A DNA stretch of 64,000 nucleotides from an uncultured virus (IMG/VR IMGVR_UViG_3300008262_000099) (lineage: Duplodnaviria > Heunggongvirae > Uroviricota > Caudoviricetes): the IMG/VR virus record IMGVR_UViG_3300008262_000099. One strand, 5' to 3'. The notes under the pieces were generated by a model. The model saw only the letters and a program-made list of their open reading frames with translations. It searched no databases and had not been told where the DNA came from. Of this stretch, positions 30,199 to 38,413 are shown piece by piece (positions within the stretch are counted from its first letter, which is position 1; the number at the start of each line of letters is the position of its first letter). Position numbers and translations under genes: made by a program.

Positions 30199-30741
30199 GT
30201 GCCATCCTCACATCAAAACTGGCAATACCTGGGCGCTAGCGGGTATATTGGAGCTTACACCACTACTGGTGGTGGAGGTACGCCTGTAGTTACTCGCAGC
30301 GTAATGGATTCATTGCGTATTGGTGTAGGAAAAACGCCGTCTGCTGAATACCCTGACGGCTATTTAGGCACTATTCGTTCTCGCCGTGACGATAGAGGAA
30401 AGCCTTACGCGGTATCAGATGTTGTACTTGACTCCCTTAAGGCACGTCAGAATCAACGTGGATACCAACGCGGTGTTCATAAGGGCGAACGCATAGACCT
30501 TGGTGAATATGTTTGGCCAGAAGGACTAGAGCCTGACCGTAGAATTAAAGCTCAAGCTAAGCTTATAGATAATGAGGGGGGAGTTGCTTTTATGGTTAAA
30601 CGCAATGCCCCTAAGTCTACTTTAGCTCCAGCACCACGTTTAATCAATGATGGTAAGGCTAATATATCTGCCAACGTACCTCTAGAGTTTAATACAAAGC
30701 TTGCTGGACATTTTGAACACCTAAAACCTAGGTGGCAATAA
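30199..30741 (+). CDS. Hypothetical phage protein
   Basis: AEYPDGYLGTI.SRRDDR, YQRGVHKGERID. Confidence 0.55.
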   Translation: MPSSHQNWQYLGASGYIGAYTTTGGGGTPVVTRSVMDSLRIGVGKTPSAEYPDGYLGTIRSRRDDRGKPYAVSDVVLDSLKARQNQRGYQRGVHKGERIDLGEYVWPEGLEPDRRIKAQAKLIDNEGGVAFMVKRNAPKSTLAPAPRLINDGKANISANVPLEFNTKLAGHFEHLKPRWQ

Positions 30742-31418
30742 TGGCAAAAAAAGACAATAATAAAAAAACCCCCCAGGTCAAAAAGTTTGAAGCAGTGGCC
30801 GATCCCAGAGACGATATGCCTAAGGCTCAGCCTATTCAAAGCAAAGAACATTTTGATGAAGTTATGTCTAAGGAATATACACGCCCCTCAACTGCAGCAC
30901 CAGTTCCTGTTGATAATGAGGGCTTATCTCTTTTAAGTAACTCAGAGCTTTCGAGAGTTTACGGCGTTCATCCAGATACCGTCAAAAAATGGACACACAC
31001 CAGAAACATGCCACATTACGTTGAGCGTAAGGGTATGGGTAGTAGCGGTGAAGATCGTTTACAGCGTGGTACAAGAACTTGGCATAGAATGGAAGACGTC
31101 ATTAGATATATGGATGAAGAGGACCCCTTTGGCGATCTTTCTAAACCGCTAAAAAGAAGAAGAGACGAAGAAAGATCAGGCGTACGTGCTAAACGTGCTG
31201 CCGGAGAGACTGTACATACTTTTGATAATCCACATCCAAGACATGAATATTTACGAGACAGACTTCGTTGGTTTCCACAAGGTCGTCAAGTTAACCCTTC
31301 TGGCGGCACAACAAGTAACGATGATGAGCCGCTTATAACATCAAATATTACTGATGCTTTGGCTTCATCAAAAAGTGTAGGTAAAAAGATGAGTCGATTA
31401 CCAAAGAGAAAACCATGA
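30741..31418 (+). CDS. HTH DNA-binding domain protein
   Basis: LSRVYGVHPDTVKKW. Confidence 0.5.
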   Translation: MAKKDNNKKTPQVKKFEAVADPRDDMPKAQPIQSKEHFDEVMSKEYTRPSTAAPVPVDNEGLSLLSNSELSRVYGVHPDTVKKWTHTRNMPHYVERKGMGSSGEDRLQRGTRTWHRMEDVIRYMDEEDPFGDLSKPLKRRRDEERSGVRAKRAAGETVHTFDNPHPRHEYLRDRLRWFPQGRQVNPSGGTTSNDDEPLITSNITDALASSKSVGKKMSRLPKRKP

Positions 31419-31762
31419 TGCAAGACGGCGTATACGATCACAGTAAGCCCCGTGAAATTGTAGATAACGGTCCTAAAATCCGTTATGACTACATGGGTCC
31501 TTTTGAAGATACCCAGGATGCCTTAATTAGTCGTGCAATTATGTCTGTAACTTTGCCGGCAGCTATGATTCAAGATATTGTGCGTCCTAACCTACCTCAG
31601 ATCCAGCTATTTCGTCCTAAGTTCGGCTATAGAACTGAAGAGCTTACTATTATGGACATAGTAGATGTCAATATTGAGTACCAGCCAACTAGAACTGACT
31701 ACTCACAGTCTCCAACTTCTTACCAGGGTACTTCCAGAAACGTAACTGAGTCCGTATGGTAG
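31415..31762 (+). CDS. Hypothetical protein
   Basis: Coupled ORF. Confidence 0.5.
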   Translation: MMQDGVYDHSKPREIVDNGPKIRYDYMGPFEDTQDALISRAIMSVTLPAAMIQDIVRPNLPQIQLFRPKFGYRTEELTIMDIVDVNIEYQPTRTDYSQSPTSYQGTSRNVTESVW

Positions 31763-31923
31763 AAGAAATCAGTACCCTTACTATCTATGATGGTAGTAGA
31801 ATTTGTCGTAAGTGCAGGGAAGTTATGGATCCGGTAGTTGTCATGTATGGTGACGGCAAGGTTTGCCCAACATGTAGAAATTTAAAGTACGAATCTGCAA
31901 GGAAAGGGGCTATGGGTGGCTGA
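31756..31923 (+). CDS. Small Zn-ribbon protein (55 aa, not in ORF track)
   Basis: By hand: MVEEISTL...CRKC...CPTC...GG. Confidence 0.6.
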   Translation: MVEEISTLTIYDGSRICRKCREVMDPVVVMYGDGKVCPTCRNLKYESARKGAMGG

Positions 31924-32188
31924 AAAACCTAAGACTGTAAAAGCTTATAAACCTGCCGTAGCTCGCAAACCTAAAACTAAGACCGGCGTTAAATACCAAT
32001 CTGTTGGCGATAGTTGGGAGAAAAGACCCTCTGGGCGTTGGGTAGGTAAACAATCTACTACACTAAACCCAGGTTCAGAAAGCGCTGCACAACGCCGTAT
32101 TTATAGAGCTACTGGACAGAGGTCTAGAACCCGAAAAGTAATCAGACCTAGGGTTAGAAAGCAAGTCAGACGGGATGTGAAGTCATAA
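31916..32188 (+). CDS. Highly basic small protein
   Basis: K/R-rich 90 aa. Confidence 0.55.
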   Translation: MAEKPKTVKAYKPAVARKPKTKTGVKYQSVGDSWEKRPSGRWVGKQSTTLNPGSESAAQRRIYRATGQRSRTRKVIRPRVRKQVRRDVKS

Positions 32189-32349
32189 TGGCGGGCGTTA
32201 GACGAGATAAAAGGGTATTTACACGTAATACTATAGACGTGGATAGCCCACTTAAAAAAACAAAGATCGTACCTTTAAAGGTAAAGACTATGTCGGATAA
32301 AGAGCGGGAAAAACAGGCCAAAAAGAAAAAGAAAGCGGGCAAAAAATGA
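32188..32349 (+). CDS. Highly basic small protein (53 aa, not in ORF track)
   Basis: By hand: MAGVRRDKRVFTRNT...KKKKKAGKK; TAATG and ATGA overlaps. Confidence 0.6.
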   Translation: MAGVRRDKRVFTRNTIDVDSPLKKTKIVPLKVKTMSDKEREKQAKKKKKAGKK

Positions 32350-32558
32350 GTTTTGTACCTCGTAGAGATAAAATACGTAAGGGATTTAAATCACCTAATG
32401 GACTTGCTCTTTTAGCTAGCGTTACTAGCGCTGCTAAAAAGGATAACGATGCCCGTGCAGCAGATCCTTGGACAAGTGGTGGCGCAAAAAAGAACGAGCC
32501 ATATCGTGAACCAATGCCTTCTGTACAAGTAACCGCACCTAAGAAAAAGGATAACTAA
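32346..32558 (+). CDS. Small basic protein
   Basis: Coupled ORF, MSFVPRRDK. Confidence 0.55.
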   Translation: MSFVPRRDKIRKGFKSPNGLALLASVTSAAKKDNDARAADPWTSGGAKKNEPYREPMPSVQVTAPKKKDN

Positions 32559-32830
32559 TGGCAACTAACGAATCACGCTCACTAAACCAAAGCCTAAACG
32601 AAGGCGCTACTGATGGAAAGTATCGTAAGGTACGTCCGAATACAACTGTAGCTGCAGGCAAGGGCGACGAACTAGTAAGAGCTAACCGTCAAGACTTACA
32701 TCCTTATTGGAACTATGATTATATTGATCAAGAAGATTCCACTAAGGTAAACCCATTAGCTACAAAAGCTGCATCGTCTTCTCAAAGAGTTTCTAACTCT
32801 TATGAAGATACTATGGGGCCAACCTACTAG
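32558..32830 (+). CDS. Hypothetical protein
   Basis: SD AAGGA; GATDGKYRK.RP. Confidence 0.55.
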   Translation: MATNESRSLNQSLNEGATDGKYRKVRPNTTVAAGKGDELVRANRQDLHPYWNYDYIDQEDSTKVNPLATKAASSSQRVSNSYEDTMGPTY

Positions 32831-32833
32831 TCC

Positions 32834-33217
32834 ATGGACGAGAAGGACACTCCGTCTAACGTCGTACCTATTAGAAGAGGTCCTGGCGATATTCAAGCGC
32901 GTTTTCGTTTAGGAAAAAATGCGTTTTTTGAGCACATACTAGGTAAAGAACAAGGCATTAACGAAGTAACTGGTGAATCTAGTTATGATGACGACTACGA
33001 ACCAGAAGACACTTCGCATTTAGTAGCAAATGACATGGGATTCGGAGTTAAAAAGGCTGGACCAAATACTACTGCAGATGTACTAAATGGTTTAGCTGGG
33101 AAGGGTCGTTTAGCTAATCTAATGGTTGGTGCAGACGAATCCAATAATAATGTAATATCAATGGGTAAATTTAAAGAAGAACGTGATATGAAAAGGATGA
33201 CGAAACAAGATGAGTAA
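32834..33217 (+). CDS. Hypothetical protein
   Basis: Coupled ORF. Confidence 0.5.
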   Translation: MDEKDTPSNVVPIRRGPGDIQARFRLGKNAFFEHILGKEQGINEVTGESSYDDDYEPEDTSHLVANDMGFGVKKAGPNTTADVLNGLAGKGRLANLMVGADESNNNVISMGKFKEERDMKRMTKQDE

Positions 33218-33446
33218 TGTTCCACGTCGCGACAACAGTCGTCCTAGTTTTGCTCCTAAAAAGAGAGATTTAATAGCAGAAATAAATGCAGATATTGCTC
33301 GTCGTGCTGCCCTACCAAAAGATCATCCAGACTATGCAATTGATGATAATGAGTTTACCGGAACTATGGGAATTCGTGATAACAGAGAATTAAGAGATAA
33401 CGCTACCGCACTTACCAAAGGCAAGAAGCGAAAGAAAAATGGCTAA
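33210..33446 (+). CDS. Small hypothetical protein
   Basis: MSNVPRRD; coupled ORF. Confidence 0.5.
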   Translation: MSNVPRRDNSRPSFAPKKRDLIAEINADIARRAALPKDHPDYAIDDNEFTGTMGIRDNRELRDNATALTKGKKRKKNG

Positions 33447-34620
33447 CGATGTTGTCCCAGGTTCTGGTGGTAATGTACCGGCCAAACGACAAGGCCCAGA
33501 CATATCTCCCGATAAGTTTGAGGCGCTTCCAGATACCATTAAACCAGGTAAAACAGATATTGAAAAATCTGGGGGTCACGTTGAGGTTGGCCTCAGTGAA
33601 GAGTTTCATCCTGGCGGATATCGTCGTAGAGTAATTGGCATACCTGAAGAAACTCAGGTAGATGCGTATACAGGCGAATTAGATGAACCTACTTTTGACT
33701 ATTTAGAAAAATTATTTAGAAATAGACCGGAAGCACACAAACCATTGCAATGTGATGCTCCAGGTTCTAGACATGCGGGTTATGCCAGACACTTTATAAA
33801 AGTTCCGGGTCAAGAAATGCACATGCCCGTATGTGATAGGCATCTAAAAGCTCTAAAACTAAGTAGGGATGAAACAGCAGTTTCTATGGAACCAACTCCC
33901 GCGTCTGAGTATATGGGCGGAGAAGAGTTTGCTAGCTATCCGATCACAAAGGACGACAGACTTGCATTTCGAGTGCATAGAGCTAGACATAAAAAATTAG
34001 GTGAATTTAGAGACGAAAGTTTTGCACAACAAGCCGGTGCTCAACCTTGGACGGGTAGAAAAAAACTTACTCATGGTCCAGGAAGAGCTCCAAAACCTAA
34101 AGCTCAAGACGTGCTTTCAGAAAAAGACTTTAAAGATTTAGTTGATGCGGGGTGGAAAGCCACATTGCCTGCAATTCCTGATGTTATATCTAGAGCTACT
34201 GGCGGCAAATCCCGCCTACATTTAGCTCACCAAGCTCTTTTAAGATCATTGTCTACCGCAGATGATGGGAGCGTGCAGCCCAGTGCTGAAGCCTACTATT
34301 ATCACGCCAAAAATTTAGGGTTAGAGGGTACTGAAGCAAGATCTTTAATAGTTCCAGCAATTGCCCACCATAAACGCGTCCATAAAACAGATTCTTTTGT
34401 TCCACCTGCTCCACCAACTACTCAGTTTAGAAAAGTGGCTGAAGAAGAGTTCTTTGGACCGGCAAGAGTTAACGAGCTAGCCGCTTCTGCCGGATTAACT
34501 CCCATTTCTGATAGAGAAACAGATGAGCAAAGGATGCTTACCGAGACATCTCAGCTTGCAACACCAGCTATTCCAGCCCCCGTACAGAGCAAACCACGCA
34601 GGAATACCAGGGGCGAGTAA
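33439..34620 (+). CDS. Hypothetical protein
   Basis: 393 aa ORF. Confidence 0.55.
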   Translation: MANDVVPGSGGNVPAKRQGPDISPDKFEALPDTIKPGKTDIEKSGGHVEVGLSEEFHPGGYRRRVIGIPEETQVDAYTGELDEPTFDYLEKLFRNRPEAHKPLQCDAPGSRHAGYARHFIKVPGQEMHMPVCDRHLKALKLSRDETAVSMEPTPASEYMGGEEFASYPITKDDRLAFRVHRARHKKLGEFRDESFAQQAGAQPWTGRKKLTHGPGRAPKPKAQDVLSEKDFKDLVDAGWKATLPAIPDVISRATGGKSRLHLAHQALLRSLSTADDGSVQPSAEAYYYHAKNLGLEGTEARSLIVPAIAHHKRVHKTDSFVPPAPPTTQFRKVAEEEFFGPARVNELAASAGLTPISDRETDEQRMLTETSQLATPAIPAPVQSKPRRNTRGE

Positions 34621-34641
34621 ATTACCTGCTAGGATAGGCCC

Positions 34642-35226
34642 ATGTCTGATATTCCTATTTTAGGTAGTGGAAACACGCCTGCCGACCAAGGAACATACAC
34701 CGAGGTTCGTGATGACGGTCCAAAGATTCGTCTACTCTATTGCTTTAACTGTAAGACCATAGAAGAGTTGCCAGACTTTGAAGGTCGTCCAGAAGATGAT
34801 ACGCTGCTAGAGCTGTTAGTTGAAAAACATCAGTCCGCTGGCGTTCCCCACACAGGTTTTCTATCTAAGATCGGAGTAAAAATATGGTCTCAAGAAAAGT
34901 TTAAAAAAGAGATCATAAAGAATTTAAGAACTAGAGTTGGTGGGGGTTTAGCGGATCTAGATCCAGACTACTACACAACTAAAGCAACTTTCTATGATGA
35001 CGCAATGAAGTGTTACAACTTACATATGCGTCCCGTAGGAGCTTGTGGGGATTGGAGAGACAGCAAAAAGCGTCTAATTCCTAAAAGCACTGCAGAACTT
35101 CGCAAAGAAGTTGGTTTACAGTCCGCAGCACAGTCTGCTAGTACCAACGTATATCTTTGTGATTTCTGCCCAGTAAAGACATATTATGTAACAAGACAAC
35201 GTGAAGACAAAGGCCTATACAAATAA
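34642..35226 (+). CDS. Cys-rich (Zn-binding) hypothetical protein
   Basis: CFNC, C...H...C, CDFCP. Confidence 0.6.
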   Translation: MSDIPILGSGNTPADQGTYTEVRDDGPKIRLLYCFNCKTIEELPDFEGRPEDDTLLELLVEKHQSAGVPHTGFLSKIGVKIWSQEKFKKEIIKNLRTRVGGGLADLDPDYYTTKATFYDDAMKCYNLHMRPVGACGDWRDSKKRLIPKSTAELRKEVGLQSAAQSASTNVYLCDFCPVKTYYVTRQREDKGLYK

Positions 35227-35234
35227 GGAGCATC

Positions 35235-35480
35235 ATGACTGAAGAAACACAAAATAAGCCAAAGATGAAGACCGGATTTGCCGTATTAGTGAATGAAAAC
35301 GGCGATATGTTTGTTGAACGAAACCCAGAGATTTTCTCTATTGACTTAGATAGAGAAGCTTCCCTTGTGGAGGTACGCCGGTTCTGCTCGGAGATCGTCA
35401 GCGATCTTCAGGCACAAGCCGCTGCTGAATATACTGTGCTCCGTATTAAACAGCTAGAAAAGTCTGCTGAAGCAGAATAA
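35235..35480 (+). CDS. Hypothetical protein
   Basis: SD AAGGAG. Confidence 0.55.
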   Translation: MTEETQNKPKMKTGFAVLVNENGDMFVERNPEIFSIDLDREASLVEVRRFCSEIVSDLQAQAAAEYTVLRIKQLEKSAEAE

Positions 35481-35519
35481 ACCAAGACGTACCTGCACAC
35501 TCAGTGAAAGAATAGGGCT

Positions 35520-36446
35520 ATGAGTTACATTGATGCTATAGCCAAGAGCGGACCTATTCCCGCGATTTCACCGGCATCTACCTCTTATTTCAGCGCACCA
35601 TCCCCTATGTTGGACCCAAAGCTATTTGATGTGGGCGAAAAGCTTCACCCGTTTATTCGAACAGGTGTTCTAACGCTACTAATGACTTTCCTTGATGGAA
35701 GGTTTAACAATGCTCATAGTTGGACTAGGGCATGGTTAGCCGGATCTGGGGTTTCCTATCAATGGGAGGCGGCACGGCTTCCCGGAGATTTAGATTGTTT
35801 GGTGGGGGTAGATTACGTTAGCTTTAGAGAGTCTAATAAAAACTATATAGGATTCTCAGACGCAGAGATTGCCAAAGAAATAAATGAAGGGTTTTATAAC
35901 GCTTTGGCTCCAAAAACAAAAAACTGGCACGGATTTGAATTAACTTTTTATGTAAATGAGCAGTCCGATATTAGAAATATTAACCCATATGCCGCCTATG
36001 ATTTAATTCTAGATGACTGGACTGTTGAGCCTAAGTATGAAACACCGCCACGCAATGCAGAATGGGATTTGAAAGCTAATAGAGATTATCAACAAGGTTC
36101 AGAACTTGTAGACAGGTATTCTTCTGCGCTCAATGAGGTTAGAAGTGCACAAAACCCCGCACACAGAGTTAATGCCGAATCTAAACTAAAACTTGCTGCA
36201 GAGCAAGCTGAAGCTTTCTTTGATGAAATACATTCTGGAAGAAAAGTTGCCTTTAGTCGTATTGGCGAAGGCTATTCTGATTTTAATAACTATAGATGGC
36301 AAGCTGGAAAACGAACTGGGGTAATACAAGCACTAAGAACAATTAAGGACCACAAAAAGGCAGCAGAAGAAGCAAGTCAACTAGAGCAGTATGGCGTAGA
36401 GCTCCCTGATGCAAGTGTTATGGTCAGAAGAGCTCTAAGGCCATAG
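35520..36446 (+). CDS. Nucleotidyltransferase (Pol beta superfamily)
   Basis: LAGSGVSYQW...GDLDCLV (GS...DxD). Confidence 0.75.
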   Translation: MSYIDAIAKSGPIPAISPASTSYFSAPSPMLDPKLFDVGEKLHPFIRTGVLTLLMTFLDGRFNNAHSWTRAWLAGSGVSYQWEAARLPGDLDCLVGVDYVSFRESNKNYIGFSDAEIAKEINEGFYNALAPKTKNWHGFELTFYVNEQSDIRNINPYAAYDLILDDWTVEPKYETPPRNAEWDLKANRDYQQGSELVDRYSSALNEVRSAQNPAHRVNAESKLKLAAEQAEAFFDEIHSGRKVAFSRIGEGYSDFNNYRWQAGKRTGVIQALRTIKDHKKAAEEASQLEQYGVELPDASVMVRRALRP

Positions 36447-36911
36447 ATGAATACAGCGTTAATATCGTTAGAAGGCGTGCTGTGTACCGAAGTTGGGGAT
36501 CCAATCCCAGACGGTATTAAACTATATAGAGTACTAGCACAAAACTACCGCATGACTATTGGGTCAGATCAAAACCCAGAACTTACAGAACATTGGCTTA
36601 AATCTAATCTCATAGTTGGTTATGCCCAAATCTATGATGATAGATGTGCTTTTGAGGGTAAAGATCTACGCATGCGTCAGCTAGATGTTGCCAGATCTCA
36701 AGGCAGAGTAGAGCTTTTTATAGATCCAGATGTAGATAGATGTGCCTATGCGCTCGCCAACAATGTACCTACATTGTTATTTTCTGCACCAAAGTTTGTT
36801 AGAACTACCCGTCCTGTAAGGCCCTGGAAAGAATTATCTGCAGAAGTAGAGCGTCAACGATTGGCTCTGTTAGATGCTGATTTGGGCAGCAAGGTAAAGA
36901 GATTTGAATGA
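36447..36911 (+). CDS. Degenerate HAD-like protein
   Basis: ISLEGVL...PIPDG.KLY..L, WLK, FIDPD. Confidence 0.55.
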   Translation: MNTALISLEGVLCTEVGDPIPDGIKLYRVLAQNYRMTIGSDQNPELTEHWLKSNLIVGYAQIYDDRCAFEGKDLRMRQLDVARSQGRVELFIDPDVDRCAYALANNVPTLLFSAPKFVRTTRPVRPWKELSAEVERQRLALLDADLGSKVKRFE

Positions 36912-38401
36912 ATATAGTATTTCTTGGGGGAGAAGTCCCCTCTCATAGACTTCTTTTGATTGATAGTGGAGTAAAACATATAGGCGTTAGTTACTGGGGC
37001 CTAGCTAAACGCGGTTTACCTAAAACTAAAGACTATCTATTATCAGAGAAATATCCTGATGATGTAAAGATTTATGTAGCCGGTGCCGGATCTAATCCCA
37101 ACCTAAGTAAGGCTGAGCTAGAAGAACATGCGGCTAACTTCGAGGATTGGGTTGCAATTAACTATGATCGTATATCTGGTGTTGTAGAGTTTGATGCCCC
37201 TGCCCTTGGTCATGACTGGATTGCCCAGCAACGAAAAACTCTTGGATTTGAACTTGGGGATAAATACTGGCCAGTATGGCACTCACAACATGGGCACCCA
37301 ACTTTAATGGCTTTAGCAGAGCAGTGGGCTAACATAGCTATTCTGGGAGATACTATAGAAGACGACGCTACGTTATCCGGAAGAACCAGGGCCCTACAAG
37401 GGCAGTTTGGGACTAACTTCCATGGTTTGGGTTGTGCCAAGCCAGACAATCTAAGACAAGTGCCTCTATCCACCGCCAGCACCCTCTCGTGGCTATCCCC
37501 CATGATGCGAGGAGAAACTATTGTCTGGGATGGAACTAAACTAGTACGATACCAAAAGAAACAAAAAGACCAGGCACGGCCACGTTATAAAGCTGTTATT
37601 GAACGGGCAGGTTTGGATTTCGATAAGATTATTAATGATGATAGTAACGAGGTAACTCGCCTCGCTATTTGGAGCTACCTGCAGCTGGAGGAATCTTTGG
37701 ACAAGAAAAAACCACCACATTTAAGATTGTTATCTGATAACAGTGATGACATAGATACTCCCGGTTCTGCGGAAACACTAGGGTTGGAACCTGATAACAA
37801 GGACTTAGATATGCGGAAAGAAAACACCCCAGCAACTATGAAAATAGTTCCTAGAGACCCATCAGAAACTATGAATTTACCCGTATTTTCAGTATCTACG
37901 AAGAGAGTTATAGATAAAGATGAAGATGGAAGGGACCTGATAAGAGACGTAAATGTGCTCGGAACTAACCAGTCTTCATTGCGTCAATGTAATACATGTT
38001 TTGTTGCAGCAAATTGCCCCGCATTTAAGGAAAATAATGCTTGTGCATTCAACCTTCCAGTAGAGGTTAAGACTAAAGACCAATTGAAGGGATTGCTCAA
38101 TGCCATCATCGAGATGCAAGGTGCTAGAGTTGCCTTCTCTCGTTACGCCGAAGAATTAAACGGCGGGTATCCAGATCCCAATACTGGGCAGGAAATTGAT
38201 CGACTATTTAAGATCGTAAAGCAACTGAAAGAACTGGAGGACAATCGAGAGTTTGTCCGGATGACCGTCGAAAGACAGACCTCTGGAGGTGTTATGTCTG
38301 CCCTATTTGGAGACAGAGCCAACACCCTCAGACAACTGCCTGGCGATGGGCTATCCGAGTCAGAAACTAGTAAGATTATCTCAGACCATATCGAAGATTA
38401 G
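36908..38401 (+). CDS. TGT/queuine tRNA-ribosyltransferase-like TIM barrel plus Cys4 C-terminal domain
   Basis: EFD, PVWH, FHGLG...P.S..T.SW...RG; CNTC...C...C. Confidence 0.5.
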   Translation: MNIVFLGGEVPSHRLLLIDSGVKHIGVSYWGLAKRGLPKTKDYLLSEKYPDDVKIYVAGAGSNPNLSKAELEEHAANFEDWVAINYDRISGVVEFDAPALGHDWIAQQRKTLGFELGDKYWPVWHSQHGHPTLMALAEQWANIAILGDTIEDDATLSGRTRALQGQFGTNFHGLGCAKPDNLRQVPLSTASTLSWLSPMMRGETIVWDGTKLVRYQKKQKDQARPRYKAVIERAGLDFDKIINDDSNEVTRLAIWSYLQLEESLDKKKPPHLRLLSDNSDDIDTPGSAETLGLEPDNKDLDMRKENTPATMKIVPRDPSETMNLPVFSVSTKRVIDKDEDGRDLIRDVNVLGTNQSSLRQCNTCFVAANCPAFKENNACAFNLPVEVKTKDQLKGLLNAIIEMQGARVAFSRYAEELNGGYPDPNTGQEIDRLFKIVKQLKELEDNREFVRMTVERQTSGGVMSALFGDRANTLRQLPGDGLSESETSKIISDHIED

Positions 38402-38413
38402 AAGGGACGTAAG

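Noticed and set aside
35520..36446. CBASS CD-NTase or tRNA CCA-adding enzyme
   Set aside because: No Cap effectors or tRNAs nearby; only the generic GS/DxD motif is supportable
36908..38401. Functional DpdA 7-deazaguanine DNA modification system
   Set aside because: Expected catalytic Asp motifs appear absent and no preQ0 pathway genes are in the window
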